Assembly (NCBI GenBank): GCA_964106915.2
Contig: OZ066916.1
DNA from: Podarcis gaigeae
Taxonomy: Eukaryota
Strand: one strand, 5' to 3'
DNA length: 64,000 nt
The translations under genes were made by a program, and so were the position numbers. The notes under the pieces are model-generated. The model saw only the letters and a list, made by a program, of their open reading frames with translations, had not been told where the DNA came from and made no database searches. This document shows positions 26,620 through 39,198 of this stretch, piece by piece (the stretch's first letter is position 1; each line of letters begins with the position of its first letter).

Positions 26620-26984
26620 GGGACGCAGGTGGCGCTGTGGGTTAAAGCCTCAGCGCCTAGGACTTGCCGATCGAAAGGTCAGCGGTTCGAATCCCTGCGG
26701 CGGGGTGCGCTCCCGCTGCTCGGTCCCAGCGCCTGCCAACCTAGCAGTTCGAAAGCACCTCCGGGTGCAAGTAGATAAATAGGGACCGCTTACCAGCGGG
26801 AAGGTAAACGGCGTTTCCGTGTGCGGCTCTGGCTCTGGCTCTGGCCAGAGCAGCGATGTCACGCTGGCCACGTGACCCGGAAGTGTCTCCGGACAGCGCT
26901 GGCCCCCGGCCTCTTGAGTGAGATGGGCGCACAACCCCAGAGTCTGTCAAGACTGGCCCGTACGGGCAGGGGTACCTTTACCTT
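26620..26984 (+). mobile_element. Full-length Sauria SINE (Squam1) with 14-bp TSD
   Basis: gggacgcaggtggcgctgtgggttaaa head, (acctttt)-type tail, TSD taatataggtgaca at 26606-26619 and 26985-26998. Confidence 0.92.
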
Positions 26985-27103
26985 TAATATAGGTGACATG
27001 TTTTGATTATGCTAACAAGCGAAAGCACCAAAATGAACCAAAGATGTTTTTCGTTTGTTTTATATGTCTTTGCTTAAGACAAAAATTGTAAGTTGCTACT
27101 CAC

Positions 27104-30100
27104 CATGCTCTTTGAATCAGGTCTTGGTCCAGATTCCTCTGTTTCCAAGGTTTCAGAGAAGCTTTTTGGTTGCTGGTGTGGCTTCTCAGGCAGAGGGTAT
27201 CCTTTCAAACCAAGAGCCTTACTGCATGCTTCAGTACTCTCTCCAGCGGTTTCTGCTTCTAATCCCAATGAACTTGTAGTTTCTCTTGAGATGGGAAAGG
27301 CATGGTCATGCTGAGAAGCGTTTTTCTCCTGCTCTCTTTCTGTCTGGGCTTTCATGTCCATTGTCTCACGGGTGCTCTCATTTCTTTGACTGCAGTGGTC
27401 TTGTTTCAGTATATCAAGGAGGAGATCAGGACTTCTATTATCAAGCCAAATAGGTGGGGTAGAAGTAGGTTCGTTTGCATGTATGCACAACGAAGCAGCT
27501 ATTGAGGCACTTCTAGTATCCTCACTCGTATGCTGGACAGCAGATTTGGTAGGGTCCTCGTTTTCCCAGTGTGTGCTATCAACCATTTTAAGTAAATTTT
27601 GCATTAAAGCTTTTGTGCCAATATAACTTAATGGTTCCTCTTCCTGCTTGCAGTAAACATCTTTTATTTTTCCTTTAAGTATTTTTGTTAAGCTTTCAGG
27701 TAATGTAGGAGGCACTTCAGAAAAAACAACTTCCTGATCATTGACTGGGGCAGAATTAGAAAGCATCACATCTTTTAGTGATTGTCGCATTTTTATCTGG
27801 ATGCCATTTTGAGAGAAAGTAGGCTCATGGTCTAGAATGTCATCTTCTGCAGGCTTCCCCACACTACTGTTTTGAGTGACCAGCTTCCCCACACTACTGT
27901 TTTGAGTGACCACTGCTTCATGTGCTTTCTGCTCAGTGCTATTCTGGCTATCATCTCTGGTGTCTAAAGTACTAGAAGAAGATCCAATTACCCATGTATC
28001 TTCTCCAGAAGCTGTTTCATCAGCCTTGCTCCCTACTTTTCCAATAGCTTCAACATGCTCCATATTGTTGAAGTCACATCTGTAGCTTTCATCATGATAC
28101 ACCTTGGAATGAGCACTAGCCTCTTTGCTAACTTTATCTCTTGTAGGCTCTGATACAACTGATGCAGGAAAAAGCTGTTGTATGGGGTGCAATTCTTTTA
28201 GGTGCTGTTTTCCCTCGCAGTTTCCACTTCCTGATACCCCAAGCTCCTCTCTATTCTCTTCACTGTCTCTTTCACTTTCCTTTAGGCAAGATGAACCATT
28301 CTTTCCCATCGCTAAGATATCCTTGGCCATTATATCTTTCGCACTTTGCTTTAAATATGTAGAGAGGTCAAACCCCTCTACATAGTCCACTGATTCATCT
28401 TTAGCAATGTCATTGGAGTCTGTAACCAATGTGGGCTTATTTGAAGTTTGATCAATACTTATTTTTCCATCATATGAGGCAGTAATTTCATAACCATTTT
28501 TAATAACTGATGAATGAGGCTCCCTAAGGCTTCCACTTGATTCCTGGATATGATCTTCCTTCAGAATGCACACTCCATTTTTATTTTGTTTCAACGCACC
28601 GATTTCTACTTGACTATGTGGCATACTGGTAGATGCTTGTTTTCCATTATCTACTTCTTGTCTTTTCTCACAATTCAAACATGGCATTGATATATCATCA
28701 AGAATGTTAGCTTCCCTGTATTCAGCATGTAAGTTTCTTTGAGAAGGTATATCAGACTTGGCCCTAATATTTTCTGTTCCAATTGCGTCTTCTGATGTTG
28801 CACCATTGCTTAAGCTTAATTGGGAGGTTTGACTGTTCTGTAATGCAAGATTGTCTTGCATGAAAGGGTCAGAAGCCTGTTCTGTTTCTTGCTGGCTTCC
28901 CTCTTTACTTTTACATGGTAGGTCCTGAATGTTTTCTTTAACAACATCAGCTAAATTTTGATATTCATCAGCACTGTAGCTTTCAGGGCACTGTAAACCA
29001 TTGTTTCCTGTTGCCTCTGAAAGTGCAGACACCTGGACCCCAATGTTTTTATCATGGCACTGAGAGTAATGCATTTCCAATACCTCTTCATCTTCATAAT
29101 CTGTCTCATCATAAGTATCATAATCAAAATCCACATAATCATAACCTTCAAAATCATCCCCACTGTCACCATTATCGCTACTGCCATTATCATCACTATT
29201 GCCACTGCCATCATCATCACTGTCATCCATACATATGCTTTCATGTTCACTCTCAGAGTCATCTTCTTTCATTTTAATGCCCTTGTGCTCACCTCTTTGC
29301 ATTTTAGCTTCATCCAACTTTTCCAGGGAGCTGTCAATCTCTTTACTTTCTTCCCTTTCTTTTTTCTGACCATTATCTTCTATATCTCTACTGCTTTCTG
29401 CCTTGTCTTCTAGAATTGTGCCTAGTAGCCTTGCATTGAATGCTGCCATATTTATAATTTCAAGTGTATCAGAGTCACTTGTTTCACTAAAGCACAGAAT
29501 GCATTCTTCTTCCTTACTTAGGTTGCCCGTGGAAGATTCTGCTTTTTCTTGCAGCTTATCTGCTACTCCATTGATAGCTACTGCACTGTGGATGAGCTCT
29601 GGAGTAGCATCTTCTTTAGCAACAGAGGAGTCACCCTTGTTTATTCTGTCTGAGCTATAAACCGTACCATTGTTATGATCAATTTGTGGAGCATCACAGG
29701 CTTCACTGCAATCTTTATGTTGAGTTGGATCACAAGGATCTTCTGACTGAGTACCATGTTCTCTTTTGGGCAACAGCTCAGATTGCTTGCTGTTATTGCC
29801 TTCCAGAACTAGTGAGCCACATTCAAATGTTGACTTGCTGTCATTCACAGGTGGTTCATCATGCTTCATACAAGTACTGACTTCCAGAGGTGATGTGGAC
29901 TCACTATCAGTATTGATTTTAATGGATGATCCATCAAGAGTGTCAGTAGTGACTTCTACTGGGACCCCAGCATTTGTATCAATGGAATCCTTGAGTGGAC
30001 ATCCAGCATGAGTAATAGCACCGTTTCTCTGAATTGGTCCAATATATTTATCTACAGTATGATATTCCAACAGTGCAATGCCATCAGAACTGGTATGGTC

Positions 30101-32806
30101 ATCAAGCAAAGATACACTACATATATTAGCCTTATCTATGGGTTGTTCTCCATCACTGATATTCATCTGATTTTCTACAGGTTGCCCACTTTCAGTCTGT
30201 TCTTCCTGTAATAATCCACGGATCAAATTTACAGTGTCTTCCAGGAGGGAATCACCATTAGAAGTATTTTCTAGGACTGACATGCTATAGTTATTGGTGC
30301 AATCTTCCAGTAACTGACTGTCATGTGTATGCACTCTAGTTTCCAATGGTAATGCATCTTGTATGCTGGTGTAGTTTTCCAATAGACAGCCAGCAAATTT
30401 ATTAGCATGGTCTTCCAATTGTGAATTGCCATAGCTATCTGTAATGTCTTCTCGTGGTGGCCTATCATTCATATGAAGACATGCACCATGCATTATGGAG
30501 TGGTCTTCTAATGGCAACTTGCCATTCCTATCATCATTGTTATGCAATATTGGGGTGACATTCGTTTCCGCTTGCAATACTCCACTCTCATTACAAGTCT
30601 CTAATTCTTTCTTAGTGAGTTCATTTAAACATTTTTGGTCAGGTTCTATACTGGTGTATAAACTATCCTGAAAGTCATCTTTTACCTCATCTTTCACCCC
30701 ATTGTTCTTCATTAGCATAATGCCTTCTTCAATCTGCAAAACCTGAGGCATGCATTTTTGCAGGCTGTTGTCCATGAGATGTGAAACATTAGTGCTTGCT
30801 TGAGCTTTCTCATCTTTCTTAATAGCTGAAGAATAATTTGCATCCAAAACACTACTGAAGATGCCTGGGGAGTCGTTTTCACTCCCCTTAATGTTCTCCC
30901 ACTCTACTATGCAAATGTTATCTTCATTTACTATTGGAGGAAGGTGTCCTTGTGAACAGTTTGAAACAGATGTTTTCATTTCAGTATTTTCAGCGTTTGC
31001 TTGGTCAGTTAAATTTTCATACACTTCCACTGGCATTTGTTCTGGAAGTTTCAGTAAACTTCCAAGTGCATTTTCTTTTTCAAGATTTTGACCTGGATTG
31101 ATTTCCTTTCCAGATCTATTTGTGACACATTCTGACTGCTCTGAAGCATGAGCCACAATATGAAAACCATTTCTCCCTGAGACTATGTCATTCTGGTGAT
31201 CTTTACAAAATGCCTCCCTCTTATTGCTGCTGGATATATTTTGAATACTTGTATCTTGTTCTGAAACATTGCTAGTGATATCACTAAACATTGCCCCTTT
31301 GGGCTGTTGCTCAATATGTTGTGCTTTTGTGTTTAAACACAATTGCCCCTCAGTCTCATTTGTATTATTTTCAGAACGACTGCCACCCATTAACAGGCTG
31401 ACTGTTTCATTTAAGTCACCACAATGCAACAAAAGCCTCTGACCGGTGTTCGCATCCATACAACTATTTATCATTAGGTAAGACATGAATAGCTTTTGAG
31501 TTTGTTCCGAGTGGCAAGGTATGGGCTCACTGGTGTCAGAAGTGTTTACATCCTTTCCATCAGCATGTTGGTTGGATGCCTGGAGTTCACAAGACGAGAG
31601 CCATCTTGCCGCTTTTTTCAAAGGCAATGGTATATCTTCCACATTAGGCATTTCATCAGGTAGGGTAACACTGTTCAAAATTGATGTAGTGTTGCTTTCT
31701 ATGACTCCCTGCTGGGCTGCATCATCCAGGCTGATCACTTCACATGTTTCTGGAATATAGAGTGCTGCTATTTTTTGCCGCCCCTTTAGAATTTTGCAGG
31801 CCTGCTCATTAGTGATCATGCCTTGATGCAAAGATGTAGATACAGGAAATATTTCCCCACTATGTGGCCAGATGAGTCCAATGAAGCCTCGTTGTGCCTG
31901 TAGTACCAGCAAGGCACTACTAGAAGAGATCAGGTTGCACTGCACAGCTTCATCTACAGACAAATGTTTTGATGAATTTGGACACAAGATCCCACCTGTC
32001 TGAAGCTGATGAGTCAAAATAGCACAAGCAGCATCCTGGTCAATAACCCCTTCTCTCATTGCTTCTTCAACAGTCATTCTGTGTCCTGTATCAGGATGAA
32101 TTATGCCGCCAGAAAGCAGCTGGGCACCTAAGAGCCTGAACATGGTCTCCCTCTCTATGAGTCCTTCATGAGCTGCTCTCAGAATAGTTAGCTTCCTTCC
32201 ACATTTTAGTGTTATTTTGCCTCTTTCTTGAGGGGTCACAGGCAAGAGCCTCAAGCCTGTTTCTCTATGTACTACAGATCTTTCAAGCAATTCCTCAAGG
32301 GTTATCTTCTCTGCAGTGTTGGGGTCAATAAGGTCTTTGCTCATGTCACGTCTTTCCAGGAGTTTAGTGTATAATGCTGCAGAGATCAGATTCTTCTGAA
32401 AAGCTCTGTGCAAAGTCAGCTGTTCTCCCGTGGCTGGTATCATTAGGTGTCCTCTGGAAAGCTGAATCTCAAGAATTTTAATAGCAAGAGGTTCTGAAAT
32501 TAAACCCTGTTCCAAAGCAGCTACAACTGGGAGTGCTGCTGATTGCAGTTCTGAAATGACCATTTTAGCATTCTGTAAACCTTGTAGTTGCAATACAGCT
32601 TGGTCATCGACAAGTTCATGGGCTTTGGCTTCTTCAAGGTCAAAACTTCTTCCCAGGGCTGGTGAAATTATATCTGATAAAATAAGCTGGCTCTGAAGCA
32701 ACTGAATTCCAGTGTCATAGTCAATGAGGCCTTTATAAATTGACTGCAAGACTGAAAACATCTCTCCAGTTGTTTGATCAATAATGCCAGCTATGACTTT
32801 ATCCTC
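27104..32806 (-). CDS. DST: BPAG1b (muscle)-specific giant exon: N-terminal plakin repeat domain and long low-complexity region (1901 codons)
   Basis: ORF 27074-32761 extends to the acceptor ttttag|GAGGAT ([15 protein letters not shown]); donor ATG|gtgagt; 5703 nt, phase 0/0. Confidence 0.95.
27853..27912. repeat. Perfect 30-bp tandem duplication inside the giant exon
   Basis: gcttccccacactactgttttgagtgacca x2, encoding VTQNSSVGK(L/P) x2. Confidence 0.95.
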
Positions 32807-33909
32807 CTAAAAGTGAGTATAAAAATATGAATTGTCAGCATTTTATGAATGGTAAATGATTAATACTTTGAATTTTAATATGATATATGTACAATATAAA
32901 GTCACTTACTTACCAGAGTTCCACCCAAACTGTGAATGTTAGCAGTTCAATGCAGAAGTGATGTCAGTGATTCAACAGCACACGGTGTGATAAAAGATTG
33001 AAACACAACATGCATCGGTAAACCAAAAGCCTATGCTCTGCATACATCAAGAGGGTTAGTGGAAGATAAAATAGTAGATGATCGCATAGTGAGCAAAAAA
33101 GACACGTACCTGAAAAGCAAACTGTCATGCTATCTATGTGCTTTGTGAGAAGTTAGCATATATTGAGGAAACAGTATGTGGTACAAAAACACACATGCTA
33201 TTCATGTTTACAGCATACAGCACTTTTACATAGACACCCAAACACATAAGGATCAAGTATTGTAGCTACTTAAATGCACTGCAACTGTGTTGTATTAAAA
33301 GTCATCCATTAGGAACAACATTTAAGAAGTATGTGCAGAATAGTCTTCCTTTGCATATATTCTCAGGCATTTTGTAATGCCTTCCAAAGGCAGTGTCAAA
33401 TGTAATAGATCTTAAAGTATTATCTCATAGTTAATGTGACTATAAACTCCAAATGATGTACCCAGTTGAAATTTAATGAACTTCGGAAATATGGCATACT
33501 TCCTGAAATACTTATCGGAGAGCATATAGAAGAGTAGAGAGGCTATGGAACTTCCACGTGGTGTTTCTGAAGTACAGACGTTTGACAGAATTCAAAGTAT
33601 GGCTTTTAAAAAGAAGGGTTAAGTGATGTATGATTCTATGCTCTTAGTTCATGCAAGACACAAGGTATAAAAGCCTGTTCATATACAACTTTCCACTTGT
33701 CCATTTATAGACATTCAGCTATAATTCTAATTCCACAAACCGATCGAAAGCTGTCATTCTTTTAGTTCTGATTTTGTTTGTGTGATACACACAATTCGGT
33801 GCAGGTTTTTGTTTTTAGTATTCATACAGAATTCCAAAACCATGCAATGGATCAGATTCAGAGAAGCATATATACTACAGCCAGCAACATAACTCAAACT
33901 GTTGACTAC

Positions 33910-34045
33910 CTTTTCATCCACATTTTCATTATCTGCATCTTGTTCCTGCTGCAACTGCTTCAAATCTTCATTGGACAACAGTTTATAACCTTCTTGCAAG
34001 GACCTCACGTGGTTTTCCATTTCATTTTTCTCTTCATCTGTCATT
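33910..34045 (-). CDS. DST: DST a/b exon (MTDEEKNEMENHVRSLQEGY...VDEK), branch point between the a and b isoforms
   Basis: 136 nt, phase 2/0; joins in frame to either 32806 or 20658. Confidence 0.92.
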
Positions 34046-34519
34046 CTTTTGGGAGGGAGAATAGAAGATGTGAATGGAAGTGCTAGCAATTTCTAAACAT
34101 TAGTTGTTCTCTCAAGAAATAAACATACAGGGTGGAATTCAGCATCATGCTATGAAGACATGTTCCAGCAGACCTGGAGACAAGGTTTGCTTTGTAAGCT
34201 GATAACTTGGCAGTGGTGGTGGGTCATATGGGCAGTTATTCCCAGGGATACACTGGTAAAAAGCAGTGCAATTATTAGTACCACCATTAATTAATGCAAA
34301 CTGCTTTAGTTCAATTAAGTAAGGTACCATTTATAAGGTAGAAGGGGCAGTACCTACCCACACCCCATTGTTTCAGATTTCATATAAGAACTCCTGAAAC
34401 TAGAGGATATCTGCTGCCTGCACACTGATTTTATATAAGAAATGGCTGAAACTTGTCCTCAACACAAATTCTGAAAGGGCACGACTAATTTTAAAGTACA
34501 ATAATCACAATGAACCTAC

Positions 34520-34608
34520 TTATCACCATGTTTTGCTAAAAACGTCTGCGTTGTTTGCAAAGCTTCTGATATCTGTTCTTTCTTGGTTAACAATTCGTCA
34601 GAAGATAT
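34520..34608 (-). CDS. DST: DST a/b exon ([30 protein letters not shown])
   Basis: 89 nt, phase 0/2. Confidence 0.9.
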
Positions 34609-37600
34609 CTGAAAAAAGGAGGAAAATATGTTCACAACTCCATTCTAGAAATAAATTTAAAAAGGGGGCGGGGGTAAAGCAAAAAGGTGAGAAAGGAGTG
34701 AGCATTTCAGGAACAATATCAAGGGCATAATGGGTGGTATCCAGAGATGTATGAACAGTGTTCTGCTTGTGCAAGGAGACTTCCCGTTCCTCACCTTGCA
34801 TGGTCCCCCAACCCTCTGAAACAGATTTTGAGGGTGCACAGGGAGTTGCAGGGGAGAGGGGGTGGCAAGACTATTCTTTTGTATACCACCCTTCATCCAC
34901 AGATATCTGGGCAGTTCACAGTATGAAAATACAAGATAAAAAAAATAGGCTATTGTACAAGGGAAGTCTTTTGAGCAGCAGCATCAGGTACAACCCAATG
35001 TATCTTTAATAACAGCAATAGCTTATATTGCAAATCCATTTTTAGCCAACTTGTCCCTTATTAATGAGCCATAAATACATGCTTGGTTATGAAACACTAA
35101 GGTTGTGTTTATAGATTACTGGGAACACGAGAACCATAATTTTCAGGTATAAATACGGACACCCACTATTAAAAACATTTGTTAGGTGACCTTCTTCAAA
35201 ACTTTTGTCTAAACTGTTCTGGTCTTTGCTTCCAACGAGATGTTGCTGCACTACAACTCCCATCAGCTCCAGTAGGAATGGCTAATGGCCAGGGATACTG
35301 GAGGTTGTAGTTCAGGAACATATGGAGGACCAAATGCTCTCCAAGTTGTTTTAGACAGTTTGTAAATAATCAACTACTAGATTAAGAACAGCCTTGATGT
35401 GTGAAGTCAAATGCTCTGACATTACTCCCTCACAGGATGTCTTGCAACCAAAGAGGTCTATGCAATTTCAAAGCTATCGTTTTCAGTATTTTAATAAGTT
35501 AAATCAACTACTTCACTTAACTTCCTTCGTGGATTTTGTGTGAATGGTATAGTTACCCAGGATACTGATCTTTTATTCTCAAGTATTTCCAAACCAGGAG
35601 TTCTCAAACAATATTAAATGCAACTCTTCATAAATCAAGGATAAAAGTTATAGATTGCCAACTCTAACCAGAGCTGAAAATGTGGATGAGCCTTATACAC
35701 ACACCCAACACTTTTCAACCATGAGGGTTCCCAACTCTTAAGTGTATCCCTGCTTTCTCTTATTCCATAGAACTGACAGAAGTGAAACTAATCAGATCAA
35801 TTCTGGTCTAGTCTATTTCAGATTTCTTTCTTGAAAGTGCTCCATGGGGTACATAGTATATGGATACAGGGCATGGAACCATGCTTTCATATACTAAATT
35901 AAAATGCAACAGTCACTTTGTTGTAATAATTCCAAAATTGTTCTGAGTACCGGAAGAAGGAAGTCTTACTCATTGTGAGCACCACCCAATAACTGCTCAC
36001 AGAAGTCACGTGAAAATGTTCTGCTGGTGCACACAATCTCTGCACCTTGGAGCTTCTCTATCCTACAATGGATACGGATATTCAAGATACTCCCCTTACA
36101 ATTGCTATTTAGCATACTGGGTAAGCCACAATTTACAGGAACTAGACAGAAAGAAAAAGATTGCCATGTGGTACAGGTGGCCCATTTTAACCCCATGGTG
36201 AAGAGGGAATGCAAACCCAGGGATTTAAAACTGCTTCTTAGTCACTGTACGTTATGACGATGAGGCAGATTTCAGTAAGTGGCTTTTTTGTATCTATAAA
36301 AAACTACAAGCAAGGGCTTTTCTAATGAAAATATAAAAGTGCTTCGTTATTTGGTGCTAATTTTCTCTGGAAATCATACAATTAAATGCACCAAAAGATA
36401 CATGTCAATTTACGAGGCAGTTTGTACTTTTCTGCAAGCTTTTTCTTTCACAAATTGCCAGGACAGGAAGCCCAATTCAGAATGGGACCGTGGTGAGGTG
36501 GGGGGGCAGTATTTAACCTTTTGCCTCATGCTGGGACCATGATTTGGATCTCACCATGTGTCTGCAATTTGCAGAGGGGGAGAACATCTGTCCGTAACAA
36601 TGGGAGATCTTTTCCTCCAATGCAAATTCCACATACTGGGGGTCCCCCAAGATCAGGAACATAGGAGGGGCAAAAGGTTAAACTCCACCCACAGCCAGGG
36701 TTCCAGATCTAGATTGCCCACTGATTGTCCTGGCATTTTTTGGAAGCAGCAGCTTGCACTCAAGGACAAACTACGCTGAGTAATGTCATGTGTAGCATTT
36801 TCTCCATGTGTTCAATATGCATGTGGACACATGCATGTCCAGTTATATTAGGCACAACACAAGTATGAAAGACTGAAGAGTTTCTCGGCATCATGCAATG
36901 GGACCAGTAAAATATTGTATCATTTAAGTTCTTCAAATTACTTGCTGGTACAGGACTGACTGCAGATTTCAAGGGTTTGGTTCGGGAGTTACTCTTACAC
37001 GCTTGGCGATGTGAGATTTCAGGTTCTACTCAGCCTCCAATATCCCCCCCCCCACCTCCACCCCTTATTTGAATACAGTGTAACATTTGGAAATGGGGTG
37101 TGTGTGTGTAGGGTAAAATATAATAAACTTAAATTGTGTGATTGATACTCCCTAATAAATTGGGGAAAGCAATCTGATTTGGGCCTATAATCATTGGGTT
37201 TTATGAGGTCCCTGGAGTTTCCAAGGTAGTAGTGGCCTTGAGAATGCCCCCTTGTGCCCATGAAGAATCTGATACACACCCTGTCTCACTGCCCCCTTCA
37301 CCATGAGGTTCCCTCTTGAAACATCAATGGAGTTGAAGGAGGAAACAAGAAGAGTCATTCTCTTTCCCATTTCCTCTGTTAGTTCTACAGGCTCAATTCA
37401 GCCCCTGATTAGGCGGGAAACGGGGATGACAAAGAAAGAAAATGGAAGTGGCCAGTGGGGAAAAGTGGGGAGGCTACAGGAGTCAGGAAGTGAGGGAATG
37501 ATCCCTTCCAAACTGTTTTTAAATTTCTCCTACCTAACCACCATCAAATCACATGTCACATCTGTTGCCATTGACTAAACCATGAAAATCATGGATATGG

Positions 37601-38516
37601 TGCCATTTGCGATGGATGCAGAGCTTTGTGGCTGCTGACTGCAGGAGATCCCTGCAAAACCATCACTAAATCGTGTGCCACCTCTTCGTCTACTCTGACA
37701 GTTTTGCTGTGAGCCTCTGTAAAAACTGTAAAAATATATGAAGAGCAGTGCTTTGGATCCAGATTTCTGTGATATTAGCAAACGCCAGATTTGTGATTTT
37801 TAATATAGTCTATTACTGTAAGCTTTAATCTGATAGGTTTTTGTGGGCAGCATCCCATGTAAACTCATGCAAATTCAAGAGGATTGTTTCTATTCTACCA
37901 GACAAACTTTTACCTAGAACCCATGTAAAAGAACAGAGGGGGGGGGGGGTTAGCATGTGCTGACCTGGAAGAGATTAAAAAACCAAATGCATCATACCCA
38001 TAGTACACACTCTATGAATTCTGAATGGGCCTCAAAGGTTGACAACTCCTGTAACTTATAAAAAAATTACACCTCCATATTAACATCCAGAGGACTAGCC
38101 AAGAACACCTGGTGGGAAAGGAATGAAGGTATTATCATTTCCCATCATAAGTAGGGAATATTATTGTCCAAACACTGTTTCTCCTCTTTGTCTTGAATGT
38201 AGTCTTTCAGGAAAAAACACCCATGTATCAGTTATGTAGTCTGGTGAATTTATATAAAAACACTAGTATGTAAATTATATCTGCTCTTAAGCACTTTAAA
38301 GTGAAGGTTGTATCCAATGCCAGCCCTACTCAGAACAGACCCATTGATATCAATAGGCGTGACTAACTTAGGTCCAGGAAGTTCAATGGGTTTTCTTTGA
38401 GTAAAATATAAGCTGAATACAATGAAATGTTCTTATGCCACATTTGGCACTTTAAGGACAAAACAACACTGTGTCATGCATCTGGTAGCATCTATTCTCA
38501 AGCAGTGTTTTAATAC

Positions 38517-38651
38517 CTGTTTCTTAGGAGAATCTGCTTTTTCAGACTTTTCTCCTCCGCCTTTGCCGAGGCTCTTGGTGATGTTTGAAACCCATTTCAG
38601 TAAGTCCCCAGCTTTTTCAACGTGTTCTTTCTTCTCCTCTTCCACTGACTT
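38517..38651 (-). CDS. DST: DST a/b exon ([23 protein letters not shown]...PKKQ)
   Basis: 135 nt, phase 0/0. Confidence 0.92.
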
Positions 38652-39192
38652 CTGATGAACAATGTGCATTGCAAATATATATATATATTTAAAATTGTAG
38701 GTATATTAAGGTTACAGCCAACCCGAAAAACAGTTACACCGTCAAAAATTTTATTGTGGAAGATGCCAGATAATGAGCTTTATTTTTACTTTCTTTCTTT
38801 TTTATCCCCATTACCAGTCATTCTTATGCATGCTTTTTTTAAAAAAAAAAGGTAAACAATAATAAAAAAAAGTAATTGAAGTAATTAATTCAAAACATCT
38901 GAAAAAACTAAGATAGCCATTATGATACATATAAACACATTCATATACATAGATGATGGAACTCACATTACAGAAACCTCCCAGCCACCACTGCACAAGC
39001 CAAATCTAAGCAAGGGTTTGCCAGGAAAAACACTCTAAATCTCAGCCTTTGCATTAGATGTACACCCAGTTCTAGATTATTATGTTGTTGAAGAAGACAA
39101 TGAAATTCAATAACATACTTCAATCCTGTGCAATTAACATAGCATCTTACATGTTTCTCCTGAGAAGGAAAATTACTAATTTTGTAGTCAAC

Positions 39193-39198
39193 TTTATT
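39193..39198 (-). promoter_or_regulatory. Candidate polyadenylation signal (AATAAA) of the BPAG1e 3'UTR
   Basis: tttatt on + strand, about 1.14 kb after the stop codon, in AU-rich context and before the next exon acceptor (38651). Confidence 0.45.

Noticed and set aside
27055-31760. Many + strand and off-frame ORFs overlapping the giant exon (including His/Ile/Met-rich ORFs at 28951-29413)
   Set aside because: Antisense or alternative-frame shadows of a long biased coding exon and its GAT-rich tract; no independent gene signals.
26400-38655. NAGNAG tandem acceptors (CAGAAG at 38651 and 26405, TAGGAG at 32806)
   Set aside because: Common; the distal AAG/GAG sites are weak and the effect would be a single residue.
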